A stretch of DNA of 64,000 nucleotides, taken from assembly GCF_006345805.1 (NCBI RefSeq), contig NC_042998.1:30008001-30072000 (forward strand), in the 5' to 3' direction. The stretch's first letter is position 1. Every line of letters begins with the position of its first letter. Source of the DNA: Octopus sinensis. Taxonomy: Eukaryota. Below the pieces are notes generated by a model. That model worked only from the letters and a program-made list of their open reading frames with translations, was not told where the DNA came from and ran no database searches. The position numbers were made by a program, and so were the translations under genes. Of the stretch, positions 50,241 to 64,000 are shown piece by piece.

Positions 50241-51810
50241 TTGATATTGGCATGGGATTTGGGATCGTGAAATATAGTGTAATGATTCTCAACAAGGGAA
50301 ATCATTAAAAGCCATGAGATCAAGCTGGAAAGTGGTGAAACTATAAAGTAATTCGGAGGGGAAGGATATAAGTATCTGGGTACCCTTCAAACAGATAAGA
50401 TGAATGAACACAAGATTAAAGAAATGTACAGGAAAGAGTATTTGAGGAGAACTCGGCTTGTGATCCAATCGAAGGTAAATGGCCGCTATAAGATTAGAGC
50501 AAGGAACACGTGGGCGGTAGCTTTGATGAGATATGGGGCTGGAAGTAACATGAATTACAAGAGATAGATCAGAGAACAGATAAATTAATGACATTGAACA
50601 AGAAACTACATCCCAATAGTGTTGTGTCAAGATTGTATGTAAAGGGGAAAGAAGGAGGACTGGAATTGGTGTGCTGTGAAGGTTGTGTAAGGGAAGAGGA
50701 GAATAGCCTGACTTGGCATGTCAAGTAGGGTAAAAGAAGAAATGATTGAAGTAGTAAAAATGCAGGGAACCTTAAAGTAAACGAAGCCATATATCTATCA
50801 CAATTTAAAAAAAAACAGAGAGAGCAGATGAAGGAAATTTGTCAGGACTAGAAAATGCACAGTCAGTTCTTGAAGAATAAAGATGAGATTGATTGGAATG
50901 GAACCTGGCATTGGCTGCAGAAGTGAGACTTAAAGAGCCCTCTGAGTCATTAGTGTGCACCGCTCTAGAACAGGCTGTCAGAACAAACTACTCCAAATAT
51001 CACATTGAGAATAGCACCGACTCGCCACAGTGTAGGACGTCCTCTGCGAAGGGAGAAAGTGTAAACCATATTGTTATCGGTTGCTATAAGCTCGCCCAAC
51101 GCCAATACAAAAGCGGATACGACAATGTGGCCAGATATGACCACTGGCGTTTGTGCAGTAAAGCAAACCTCGAGAGAGCCGAACAATGGAATGAACAAAA
51201 GCCAGATGGGAGTAATGGAAAACGAACATTACAATGTGGCAAGAATGATCTAGTAGGAGTTCTGTGGAAATCACGTCAAGAAACAGCAAAGACGAGGTAT
51301 GAGTAAACTCGAGAAGGAGTCACCGAGAATAAGATTTGCAAAATCCTCTGCGCTCCAATGATCCAGTGAAATCACCTGACCAGACATCGTAAATCTGACA
51401 CTGTTGTAGTGAATAAAAAAGAAAGAACATGCATGGCAATCGACATAGCCTGCCCCCGGTGACAACAGTATCAATGTGAAAGAAGAAATAAACAACTCTG
51501 ATGATTTGATGATTTGAAGTGGGAAATACGAAGGTTTTGTTCGATGAGAAGAATAGACATGATACCAATGGGAATTGTGGCACTTGGAAGTATCAGCACT
51601 CAACTACCAGCATGGCTGAAAAAGATTGGTGTAAGTGTGAACGCAGAACACCTTCAAATATCAGCATTGCTTGGAACTGCAAGAATTCTTTGCAGGGTTC
51701 TTGAAGCATGACCAGTAAACAAGTGTCACTTTAGTCTGCTGACTGTGGACAGCTGACACTTTCCATCATACCCAGCATAATAAGCTGCGTGTTTTTCATC
51801 ACATAATCAC

Positions 51811-51848
<38 letters not shown>

Positions 51849-51850
51849 TA
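50240..51850 (+). mobile_element. 5'-truncated R4/Dong-clade LINE (RT end, CCHC finger, RLE endonuclease) in a (TAA)n tract
   Basis: DIGMGFG..GYKYLG; ESLVCTALEQAVRTNY..DSPQCR..ESVNHIVIGC.KLAQRQYK..DNVAR; SDTVVVNKKERTCMAIDIACP; ALLGTARILCRVLEA*; (TAA)n on both sides; many frameshifts. Confidence 0.9.
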
Positions 51851-51874
51851 TTATTATTATTATCATTATTATTA

Positions 51875-52050
51875 TTATCCTTTCTACTATAGACCCAAGT
51901 CCTGAAATTTGTTGGCGGGGCCTAGTCGATTACACAGGTACTTTATCGACTTTGAAAAGATGAAATGCAAAGGCGACATCGGCGGAATTTGAGCTCAGAA
52001 CACAAAGACGGGTGAAATTTTCCATACGGTTATGCTGCTAGCTGCCTTAA
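51875..52050 (-). mobile_element. SINE family A, diverged
   Basis: Tail TCCTTTCTACTATAGAC.. and core ..GGCGGAATTTGAGCTCAGAAC. Confidence 0.75.
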
Positions 52051-52438
52051 CAACATCATCATCATCAATATGAACAACAACGACAATAATAATAATAATA
52101 ACAATAATGATATACTTGGAAGAACAAGTAAGTTACGTTAAAACATGTGCTCATACCTTCATAATATAATACATTTATTGTTATGAATTTCAATGTGGCC
52201 AAAACCAGACAAGAAATAAGAAATATGCCAATACCAACAGAAGCATATTAGCTTAGATTCTTTTGATAATAATGAATCAAAAATGATTCTATGGAAAATA
52301 ACAATACTTCACAGAAGTAACTGGAAATCAAAGAAAAATATATCTATTCTGAAGATAAAATACACTTCTTAGATCTTCACACATTCTCTTATCGGTGAAC
52401 GGGAGTGCGCAACTTATAAACACTTTCTTTTATTGCAG

Positions 52439-52497
52439 CTTCTCAGAAACTTTCTACGCACTTTTCAGGATTGGGAGGTTAATTTGCTATTCAGCAC
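52439..52497 (+). other. Candidate 59-nt exon
   Basis: Acceptor CACTTTCTTTTATTGCAG; open frame LLRNFLRTFQDWEVNLLFS; donor only moderate (GTAACT). Confidence 0.2.
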
Positions 52498-52804
52498 GTA
52501 ACTATCGACTCATTTCGTAAAACTTCTTAATACAGAAATTTATGTATTCCATTGTAACTTTGCAAAATACAGTGGAAGGTATTAGCGTTCCTTATATACA
52601 TACATACATACATACATACATACATACATACATGTGTGTGCATATGTGTTTCATTACATTCGTGCACACACACACACACACCATATATTTGGCGATTATA
52701 TATATGTGCGTGAGTGTGCGTGTGTCATCATATTTGTGCACACACACATTTATTTGGCAATTATATGTATGTGTGTGTGTCAGTGCATGTATATGACAGT
52801 TATG

Positions 52805-52853
<49 letters not shown>

Positions 52854-54287
52854 TGTATGCATGAGATGTATTACATCTATCTATCAATAAATATATATAA
52901 TTATATGTACATATGTATGTATGTGTGTGTTGTGTGCGTGTGTATGACAGTTATATGATATATGTATATCATATATATAAATGTATATAAGAGATCTATT
53001 ACATATATCTATATATGTATGTATATGTGTGTGTTTGTGCTTAACTATGTATATGACAGTTGTATGATATATACATATCATATACATAGATGAATATAAA
53101 AAAATGTATTACTTACATTTATGTATATATGAATGTATATGTAAGGTGTGTAGTAGTAGTAATAGTAGTAGTTGTTGTTGGTGTTGTTATGAAAATGGAC
53201 CAACTGTAGAATTCGATGCAGCCCAGCGGCATTTGACAACATTTGATTATATTACTGTTATTATACGAAGCGCACACCCCAACCAAAAAAAAAAATTAAT
53301 AGTAAGTCTTAAGCCTGCAGAATTCCCTAAACAAAAATATCAGTATCGTTTTAAGACAACAGTTTAGATAAGCCACATGTAGAAATATTTGAAAGATAAC
53401 AGAAAAAGAAAGAAAAAAAAACCATAGATTCCTATGGAGGAGAAATTTTCATTTCGATGCCGACAATAAAGGCGGAAGCCTTGGACAAAGAGAAAAGCCA
53501 GCACATAATGTAATCGAGTTTACTGAACAAAGAATATTAGCGTGAAATATTGTAAATGGATATGAAATATGACAAATCATATTAGGACTTGAATAACGAG
53601 GATCCTCATGGAACGTGCGTATGTATTTTGCACATTGAGACGTCTGTACGTACGATGTGTCTTACACATCGCAAACCGTTTGCTACGATCTATACAGAGC
53701 CTGAAAAGGCACAATTTGACTTTGGAATATGGTTAGAAGAAGTGATTGTTTGACTTTTATAGTTAAGAAACAACCAAGTATCATTTAGGTAGAATAATAA
53801 TTTGGTTTTGGTTAATAGTTAAGTGTAGAAGCAGCAGCAGTAGTAGTAAGAGGAATAAGAAGAGGAGGGGGTTGAAGAGGAGGTGGGTGAGGAGGAGGGT
53901 GAGGGGAGGAGGAAGAGAGTGAGTAGGAGGAGGAGTGTGAGTTGGAGGTGTGGTAGAAAGGGCTCCTTAGCCATAGTGAAGGCAATCTATCTAGGGAGAT
54001 AACCTTACAATAAATCACTGGGTCCGTAGCTTAGAAATACTGGGTTGACGTCCAGCGGGAACAGCTTTGTTTCATGGAGGAGGAAAGATCTTCTTTAGTA
54101 CTTGGTTGTACAATGCTTTCCAATGTGTGTAGTAGTGGCGCGCGCACACATTAGTAGCCATTTGAAAAGACTATGGAATTTACAATTAACTGCACCAGGG
54201 ATCCTCTTCCCCAGGGAACCAGACCTAATGGTATACCTGCGGATATAGGTTCAGCCCTTGCTTTGCCGGGTCCTGTCTCTGATCACG

Positions 54288-54412
54288 TTCTCCAGGGATA
54301 CAGGCATCCAGCAACAGGACCTCCGTAATGCCATGATGGATCGTGAAGTCTGGCGTAGCATGGTAAATTCCATTGTCTCGACCACGGTCGAACAATGATG
54401 ATGATGATGAAT
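54288..54412 (+). mobile_element. LINE 3' end (RTE-like) with (TGA)n tail
   Basis: SRDTGIQQQDLRNAMMDREVWRSMVNSIVSTTVEQ* resembles the ..DL...M.DR..WR.. RTE terminus, followed by (TGA)n. Confidence 0.7.
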
Positions 54413-56051
54413 GATGTGAGTTGGAGGAGAAGAGGAGGGGGAGACGAGCAGGAGAGGAAGAGATGCAGCAACAGTAGTAGTAAGTTGAAGAGCAGTAATA
54501 GTAGTAGTAAGAGGAAGAGGAGGAGGAGAAACGGGGCAGCAGCAGCAATATTAGCAAAACAGTAGCAAACACAAGAGGAGTTGGGAAGGAGGAGGACAAC
54601 AGCAGTAGTAGCAGCAACAGCATTATCCACCAGGAGCAACAGCAGAGTTAGCAGTAAGCATTAGGGACAAAAGCAGCAACTACACCTTCAGCAGCAGCAG
54701 CTGCTGTAGTAGTAAATAAGCCCAGACAAGTAGAGGTGGGGGGTTGTCATAGGGCACCTATTATATCGAATGCAGTATTTGTACTTTATTTTCTCGACTA
54801 CGAGAAGTGAAGCTGGTATCGGCGTAATTTAAACTTGCAAATTATCGAACGGTGTTAGATACTTTTTCGAATGTAGAGCACAAAGTATTTCAACTATCCT
54901 GCAAGTCTGCTGATGTACTATTGATGATGATCATGATGATGATACCAGCAGTAATGTCTTTTAGCATTTCAAATACTGATAAGTTATAATTTAGGCACAA
55001 CTAGGGCAGTTTTCAGGGTAAGGCCTAAGTCGATCATAACGGCTCTAGAAGCGTGAAAAGTGAAAGTTGACCTCTAAAGATTCAACTCTGAATGTGAATG
55101 GCCGTAGGTAAAACACTAGGGCATGGTGGTTTACCCTCCAGAATTTGGTCTAAAAGACTTCATTTAACATATAATGAAACCTTAAACAACCGTGTTGCAA
55201 AATAAGTATTTAAAAAGAAGTGGTATAAAAATAAGAATAAAAAATTGGACGGCGATTTTTTTATTTATTTATTAGGTTGCCCAAAATTATTGCTTAAAAG
55301 AATCAAAAGATTATACAAAACACATCATGGCAAAACAGAACTAATTTAAGGAAACCTGAAATCAAGATGACACATAAGTAGGCAACATTCAATTTTCGTT
55401 TCTATTAAATCCAGTGATTCCAACAAAAGTACAATGTTCTCACCTACAAAGCTTTGTCAGACAGTTTTCTTGTTTGCCGGTTGATTTATGCGACGATGTT
55501 GCATGTTAATGATGGTACGAGAGACATAAACGTATTCTACATTATTCTCTTCGGTTTTGTTAGTCTGACAATTACTTTTATACATCTTGTAAATTTACCA
55601 ATCAGACATCAATTTGCAACTATCTGTACTTGACAGTATGTCTGCTGATTGTGATTTGTTTAGTCATTGAATCATTCATTTATTTATTTGCGATCAATTC
55701 TTAAACCTTGTTCGCTTCTTAATGTTGCTTTTGTGAGATTTAATATGAACTGATCGTTTTTTTGTTTTTTTTTAAGAGACTTCTTCAGTGACACACCCCA
55801 TCTTAATTCTTACTGATGTTGTGCCTCGGGTTATCTTGAGAATTTTTATAAAAACATGACAGGTTTCGAGAAAACTAAAGCATGTTTAAAATATACGTTG
55901 TATTAATATCAGGTATTTAGAAAAGCATGTCAGTGTTAATGCATACTGTATTCGTAAAGTAATCCAAACAGATAACATTCATCTTGTGTTAATATGAAAT
56001 TTTGAAAAGAATATGTTAATAAAACTTTCGTGCATATATATATATATATAT

Positions 56052-56099
<48 letters not shown>

Positions 56100-56100
<1 letters not shown>

Positions 56101-56270
56101 GGGGAGAATCGACGAAAAAAAAACTCACCAACACAGGTGGTGTAGAAAACAAACAGGAATAGAAAAAGGCTTTTACGTTTCGAGCCTCCCTCTTCTACAA
56201 AAAGGGACACAGAAACAAACAAGGAAAGAAGAAAAATGTGTGTAGTGGCTACCGATCTATCATGTATACA
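56100..56270 (-). mobile_element. (TA)n-flanked pLTR-like repeat with eroded HHR-like fold at 56169-56204
   Basis: cttt TGTAGA AGAGGGAG GCTC GAAACGTA aaag; same family as 14579 and 17368. Confidence 0.5.
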
Positions 56271-56911
56271 GAAAACGTGTGAAATGACCTCAATTTCCGA
56301 AATTTTGAAGTTAAGACTAAAAACAATCTTCATCAATTCAGGCTGCATAAATAAGCAAGAGAAAAATAAAAGATAAAAGAGAAAGGATTGGAACACGGAA
56401 AACAACATTGGAAAGGTAAGCTGTTATGCAGCTAGTACTTAGTACGCACTGAAGAAGCTTGCGTAAGCAAATTACTTACCTATCATTGCTTGCAAAGTAC
56501 TGGGTTAAAGGCAGAAATTAAAGGGCACATCATCGTAGATCAAGATCAATCTTTAGTAATCCGCAGTTATCAGGAAAATATATCGAAGAGACTTAAAGGG
56601 TAGGTTATGAGGTTCTCAAGGTATAAACAATCATCGACCAACGAGTATAAGAACAGACTGAATCATATAGCCAATACTTTGTAAAATCTGTAAGCGAAAA
56701 AGTAAACACTAAAAACTTAGCAGGTCATCGCGGAGATTGGTCATATCGTCATTCTCTGAGATTTTACAATTTGATAATACTATCAAGATAAATCGCCCGG
56801 GCACCAAAGTGACAAAATATATACATAGCGATAAAGCTTTTTCGTAATTGATATGATTACCCCCACGGATGTAACAAGAAAAAACTCAATAAAATACGGA
56901 AATACACAGAT

Positions 56912-57079
56912 AGGCGCATGAGTGGCTGTGTGGTAAGTAGCTTGTTTACCAACCATATGGTTCCGGGTTCAGTCCCACTGCATGGCACCTTGGGCAAGTG
57001 TCTTCTACTATAGCCTCGGGCCGACCAAAGCCTTGTGAGTGGATTTGGTAGACGGAAACTGAAAGAAGCCCGTCGTATA

Positions 57080-57137
<58 letters not shown>

Positions 57138-57365
57138 GTGTGTGTGTGTGTGTTTGTGTGTCTGTGTTTGTCCCCCTAGCATTGCTTGACAACCGATGCT
57201 GGTGTGTTTATGTCCCCGTTACTTAGCGGTTCGGCAAAAGAGACCGATAGAATAAGTACTGGGCTTACAAAAAGAATAAGTCCCGGGGTTGAGTTGCTCG
57301 ATTAAAGGCGGTGCTCCAGCATGGCCGCAGTCAAATGACTGAAACAAGTAAAAGAGTAAAAGAGA
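56912..57365 (+). mobile_element. SINE family B, full length, near consensus
   Basis: Complete head, box, microsatellite and tail ending (AAGAGTA)x2. Confidence 0.95.
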
Positions 57366-59690
57366 GATATAGATATGGCGATTGCCAAAGTGTAAAAGTG
57401 GAAATCTACTACAAGAGCTGTTATCGTAGTGGCACACTGAATAATAAAGACAGAAGGAGAAAAACTCGTAGACATGAGGACAAGAAAAAGTAATTCTTTA
57501 GAGATATATCGATGATTATGCTAACAAACACTGGAATCATTTTATGGAGAGCACTCTCAACTTAACTTTCAGCCATATGATATTTTTATTGGGCACTTGT
57601 GTATACAAGACAGTTTTTAAATGAACTTATAGAGTACTAGCGCTTATTGATATCATATCATCTGAGAACATGATATCCGTTATCTACTTCAGATGTCTAA
57701 GTGGTGCCCTGTGAATAATAAGTAAATACGGTAAATATCAAATAGATATTGACATAAGAATAATAATGGCAGCAATATATCTGTCCTCGTATCAAATTTA
57801 TAGGTATTTTCTGAATCGTTAAGATAGTAGAGTTGATACCAAACGAAGTCAGAAAAAATTGAGATATATAAGGATCTCGCAAGAGAACTGAAGAGATTAT
57901 GGAACCCTAAGACAAAAGTATTCTGGGGGTAAATATGGGACTTGGCACACAAACCAGAATACTACATGTAAAAAAAAAAAAAAAATGAAAGAGACTGAAA
58001 TTGAAACTTCCATTATCGACCCTGCAAAAGTCCTAAGGATCATTTTTGAGATTTGAAAACAAATCAAAAAGAACATGTCATCCAAACCTCAAATTAAAAT
58101 TCTTCCAATTCAAATATCATGTACTAGCTTAATAAGAATGATGATGATGATGATGATATGGTGATGATATTTCTTTGATGATGCTGATGATATTTAGTTG
58201 ATGATGATAATGATATTATTTAACATGGATGATGGCGATATTAAAAGGGCGGTTTCCATTTATATGGGATTAACATAAAATTATATTTTTAAATGAAGAA
58301 TTAATGTTCAAATGAGATGAAATTATACCAAATAGTTGACCATATGGCTGAAGCAGTTTTCCTGATATAGCTTCGCTTCCAGCTAACTACAGTTGACGGG
58401 TCCACATAATTCTCTGATCTCCCCGAATACAAAGCAACCCAAGCATTTGCTTACATGTTGTCCGCTTATGTACAAGTGCATGTCCAGCCCGACTATTGTA
58501 TTGTGCGGATGTGTCTTGTTGGTTATTGGGAAAGCTACTCATTTCTCTACAATCAAAATAAACATTTATTCAAGCACTTTGTATATGATTTAGACGCAGA
58601 GATAAATCATACAGGAATCTCTGATATAAATACAAAATATACATAAGACAGTTTTATGTTTCCATAGAAATTCAAAGAAACAAGATTTGGTGAGAAATAC
58701 CTCTTAAGAGTCACAAACAGCTTCATCTAATTGAATACGCTTACGTAATACATCAAAAGCAGGCATCATATATTTTCGTTCTTATACACTACACAGATAA
58801 CATAGCGTATTTGAGAATACAGAGTAACTACTAAAGCAGTGGGATGTGAATTAACGTTATATCTAGAGATCAAAACTTTCAGTATTTCGTTAAATATCTG
58901 CGTATATCTCTGATCAGAAGTGTTCGTGACTTCAAGATAGCTCACTCTAAACAATTACTATTCCTAAGGTTAGAAGATCATAGATATCTCTGGAAACGTC
59001 ATGTCTAATAAGCTGTGTTAGCAGTTTAATTATTCAACTGAGAAATAGTTAAACACCAAAGCAGTGGAACTTGCTTTGAAGCAATAATGCCTGTAAAAAG
59101 ATTAAAAAAAAAGACTTTTCCGAATGTTAGTTTATTTTGTATGTTTTTAATGAATGACAGATTGGTTGTTTGAAAAGAACCTTCTCGAATCATCACTCTG
59201 ATTATTCTCTACAAACCACACAGACATAGCGTAGCATAACTGAAATCAAACGGTGTTACATAAAATTCTAACACAGATGCATAGATTAATCAGTTTGAAA
59301 ATTTGTTTCAGACTATTCATATAAATTCACAAAATTAAAATTATCTCAAAACTGAATATTTTTAATCTGGGGGGAAAACAAAAGTTTGGATGCTTCAAAA
59401 CGTAATTAGGAAAGTAAGTACTTTTGGAATTAATTCATTTTAGTCTGACTGCAAATAAGAATATGGAAAAAAATACATATTATTTTTATCTATTTGAAAT
59501 ATGCACTTGAAAAGTTCCAAAATCTCAGATTTAGGAAACTATATACTCACACACATATAAGTTTGTGCGTGTGAATATATATACACACACACATGCATTT
59601 CTATGTATGTATTTACAAATAGAGACATACATATACATATGCATACATACATATATGCCTACATGTATGCATGTATCATGTATGTATGTT

Positions 59691-60135
59691 AGGAAGGGCA
59701 TCGCTGTTGCACTTCCAGATGGTAAGGGTCTTCCTATGACGCTAATATGCAGTGTCTGTGCAAGATCATGCTACAGTAAAGCTGAACTCAAGAGCCATCT
59801 TCGTATTCATAAAGCGAGACAGATGATTGACAACCAGGCCGCTGGTGGTGGTGCTACACACCATAGTAATCATATCTGTCAGGCATGTGGAAAGGAGTGT
59901 AATTCGGCAGGAGGACTTAAACGACATGTAAAGGTACATGAATGAAGCCCAGTTACAACTACAGCCGGCTATTGCCGGTAAAGGTTTTAGCTGCCAATTC
60001 TGTACAAAAAAACTGTAGATATTTAGCTGAGCTAAAAAGTCACATTCGATCACAGCACCGATAACAGTTAAGCCCCGTGAAACGGACATAATCGATAACG
60101 AGGGGCAGCAATCTTGTATGTATGTATGTATGTAC
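59691..60135 (+). mobile_element. RTE-type LINE 3' end encoding three C2H2 zinc fingers, with (TGTA)n tail
   Basis: CSVCARSCYSKAELKSHLRIH and CQACGKECNSAGGLKRHVKVH in frame, CQFCTKKCRYLAELKSHIRSQH after frameshifts; ends DIIDNEGQQ then (TGTA)n; no TGEKP linkers. Confidence 0.65.
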
Positions 60136-60489
60136 GACTTTTGCTACATATAATTTTACGACCAACTAATAGTTTGAACTAAGCACTAGAGTATATCGTT
60201 TATGACAAGAAAATGCGAGATCCATTTTTTAGGGGATGCAGACGTAGTGATTTGCTGGGACAAACGTGACAGCTTTGCGCCACATACTCTGGTATTATAG
60301 GAAGATGTTTTCTCGGGGATGCTCCAGATGATATCGGAGGAAATCTTTCTCAAATAGAAAATGCAATATTTTGTCAGTGGATATGAAGGTGTTCAGATGT
60401 GCAAACTTCCATTAGAAGACTTAATTGTAAATCATGTTTACTGCTTTGGAGAGGATAAGGGAAACTAGGACTCATGCAGTAGAAGACTG

Positions 60490-60740
60490 TGGAGGCGCGT
60501 GGCTTAGTGGCTACGGTGTTGGACCCATGATCGTAAGATTGTTGTTTCGAATCCTGAACCAGGTGACGCGTTGTATTCTTGAGCAAAACACTTAATTTCA
60601 CGTTGCTCCAGACCAGTCAGTTATCAAAAATGAGTAATCGTGCGACAGATCGCTGTCTTGTCCAGGTGGGAGAATTTCTACGCCACTGGATCAGGGAAAC
60701 TGGTCCCTATGAGCCTGGAATGACTCGATAAGGAAACAAT
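60490..60740 (+). mobile_element. SINE family C-like
   Basis: GGAGGCGCGTGGCTTAGTGG head, GTTTCGAATCC B box, TTCTTGAGCAAAACAC body. Confidence 0.85.
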
Positions 60741-60953
60741 GGAGGCACATGGCTTAGTGGTTAGAGCAGCGTACTCGCAGTCGAGAGATCGTGGGTTCGA
60801 ATCTCATAACTGGTAATGTGTGTGTTTATGTGTGAAACACCTGTGTTCCACGCGGCTCTGGTAGAAGGTAATGGCGAACTTCTGCTGACCCTTTCGCCAC
60901 AACTTTCTTTCTTCCTGCATCTAGCAGCTGGCCTGCAACGGACCGAGGGTCCC

Positions 60954-60955
<2 letters not shown>
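60741..60955 (+). mobile_element. SINE family D-like
   Basis: GGAGGCACATGGCTTAGTGGTTAGAGCAGCGTACTCGCAGTCG..GGTTCGAATCTC head and CCACGCGGCTCTGGTAG body. Confidence 0.8.
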
Positions 60956-61019
<64 letters not shown>

Positions 61020-63410
61020 AGCAATTGCAACGTGAACGGTGTGTATAAGACATTTAAAAACACACAAGAATAATATTTTGTATGTGTCTGTGAGTGTTTG
61101 TGGGTGAGTGGGTGTGAGTGGGGGTGTGTGTGATTGTGTGTGTGTGTGTGTGAGTGTGTGTGAGTGTGTGTGTGTGAGTGTGCGTGGATCAAAACAGTTT
61201 GATTCAAATCTATTGGTACTCATGAGTTTCAAGTGTGATTCTAGTCGTCAGCTATTTTGATTCTGAATGATTGGAGTTGAATGTTATTACCCGTAAGGTG
61301 GACTGTGGTTGGTCAAGGAAGGACACGCAGTGTCGTGGCTTAATGCTGGTATATGGGTAACACTTAGTTGGAAAATAATGCATGGTGAACAGGAAACCGA
61401 CCACGTGGAGGATAGGAAATAGACTAGAAGTCGGTCAGAATGCTGGAGGAGGATGTGGAATGAGCGGCATGTGCAGGTATATAGTTCTATATGTGGGTGT
61501 GCAGACAAGCTCATATAGTTTTGTGTGCATGTGTATTACAGATGGGTAGTTTCATGCTCGTCTTATAGAGTCATCTAGATTTTGTGTGCATATCGAACAA
61601 GATACCTTTTTCAGTCTTATGTGGACACCATTTACAACTAGCGTATCGTGACGTTTTAAAAGTAATGCATGCATCATTATATACATCTATCTGTCTATTT
61701 ATCTCCCTCCTGCTCTCTCTTTGTTTCTCTCTTTCTCGCTATATATATATATATATATTATATATATATATATATATATGATATGAATTATAGATAAAAC
61801 CACTATTAGGCACTCAAACAGTGATAGACATAAACCGATACATAAATAACAAATAATATGAGTATTTTTTAATATAATATATAATTTTTTTTTCCAAAAA
61901 GTATAAAAAGAATGATAAATATAAAATAAGTTAAAATAATAAGTATTATTATTATTATTTATATATATATATATATACACATATATATACATATAAACAC
62001 ATATATAAATGTATGTATATCTATTTATCCATCTATCTATCTAGCCCTGTGTCTCTGTGTATATATATTTATATATATATATGCATACTTACATGTGTGT
62101 GTATATGTATATATATATTTACATACACATTTATGCATACATACATACATATATATATGTATTATGTATGTATTTGCTTATCTCTCTGTAATCATTTTAA
62201 TCATTTATGACTCACGTTACCTTAAGATATTAGTGATTCTCTTCTAGCATATATTATGGCTAAAATGATCCTTATAGATATTGATGATCTCAGCGTTTCG
62301 ATTGTGATGTATTAGCAGTTAAATTTGACAGCCGAAGTAATTAAATTAAATCTGTAATTTGATTGATAATACCGGTCGTCGATTCTGATATAAGAATCGA
62401 ATCCACTCCAATATTTCTCCACATTTTCATCCCCCTGAAGATCAGAAATGCACCTTGTAAACATTCGAACAAGCAACAATATCATAATGCATCGTTGCTA
62501 ATAAATTCCATTTTTATCACGTCTGAAATTAAGTGCTTGATTTTCAGCTATCAGATTTCCACATGCATGCTTTTTCAAAACAACGGAGAATTTTATAATT
62601 GTTTTTTATTTTCGTTTTGCGCTTTGGAATAGTTTGAAGAGAATGTGTTTTCTATATATAACTTCGTAATAGCAAATTGCATTTGTAAGAGATTAGCTGT
62701 ATCACCCACCAGATTCTCATGCAATTCACGCTGAATAAATTGCATAATAAGAGATATAACACAATAATGTTTCGAGCTAGCCATCTTAAATTGTTGGACG
62801 CTCAAACCCTACTAAGGAAACAAAACATGGATTAATAATATTTAAGTAAACCTAACGAAGTCAGTGGGGAGAATTCAGATTTTAAAATATTCTTTCCTTA
62901 ATTCAGTCATGTATACATAAGTACATATGCCGGAATAATAAAACAATATAAATTCGTAGAAAATAAACCAAGACAATAACTGGCAGGAAAATAAATACTG
63001 TATAAATGTTAATTCACTTAACAGAGGCAATGAAACTTATGGAGGGGAAATATTACTGAGAACTGCTTAACATGATAAAATGCTGGAAGGACAGCCAAAT
63101 TATAGGAAAATTACGTTATTGTGGTTTTAAAATGGGTTGATGCGCCAGATTTTAAATTGTTTAAAACAGGGAATGTGTAGAATAATCTGTTATAACTTGC
63201 ATGAGACGGAATGATACAGAGCTGCAAGCAAGAAGTATAGGTTTGTGCGTGCGAGTGTGTGTGTATGTATGTGTGTGTGTTTGACTGCGTGTACACATGT
63301 GCCTATATGTGTTTGTGTGCCCGTATGCGTGTGTGTGTGTATGTGTGTGTGTATGTGTGGTGTGCATCTCTTGATTGTGAAAGTGTATGTGGGTGTGTGG
63401 TTAATTACGT

Positions 63411-63471
<61 letters not shown>

Positions 63472-63844
63472 GTATGTGCGCGTGGGAAGTATACGTATGT
63501 TCCGTGGTGTTTGTGGTTCTTTGTTTTTATGTATTTCAACTCAGAGAAAAATCGAAGTTTGTTCAAAAGATATATTCCATTATATAGAGATAGGAGATAT
63601 ATTCCATTATATAGAGATAAGAGATAATGGTTTCATTGACACCCAAAGGTGTCAGGTAATGCTGAATAAGTGATATACACAGACCATAGTTAAATTCCAG
63701 ATTCGGTAATATTGCGAATAAAGGGTTCAACGTTGGTTCTGTCAGCGTATGTATATATGAATTTTTTGCGTAATGAGATAAAAAACCAAGGCTGTATAGA
63801 TACTAGAGCATTTATCTATATCTATCTATCTATACATGCTCTAA

Positions 63845-63885
<41 letters not shown>

Positions 63886-64000
63886 GAATTATAACTGTTT
63901 ATAATTTTCACCTTAAAAGGTATCTTAATATGCTGGCCACTGATAAAATATTTCTGAATAATTTTATCCTTATATTAGAAGTATATATTATATATATATA

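Noticed and set aside
58235-58646. Protein-looking frames (e.g. FSDLPEYKATQAFAYMLSAY..)
   Set aside because: No recognisable domain, start or splice boundaries; may be an old DNA-transposon remnant.

Overview
Eukaryotic, strongly AT-rich, repeat-dominated DNA. The SINE families, (TA)n/(CA)n/(TAA)n microsatellites and LINE remnants look like those I recall from octopus genomes; this assignment is recall-based inference, not a database hit. There is no intact protein-coding gene, tRNA, rRNA or CRISPR array, and almost all ORFs in the track are microsatellite read-throughs. Recognisable coding remnants are all transposon-derived: Penelope-like (PLE) RT and GIY-YIG pieces, CR1, RTE, R4/Dong and HERO/NeSL LINE 3' ends, mariner transposase pieces, Helitron-type and TIR-type non-autonomous elements. 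The most striking unannotated signal is a set of type I hammerhead ribozyme (HHR) folds in at least five unrelated sequence families. Several have intact catalytic cores, and several occur as inverted pairs, including a ~330-370 bp retrozyme/pLTR-like unit at 16.5-17.2 kb and a tRNA-headed SINE with an HHR tail. A few splice-site-bounded unique segments may be exons of a large host gene or lncRNA, but this is weakly supported. All folds and percent identities were worked out by eye; element boundaries are approximate.
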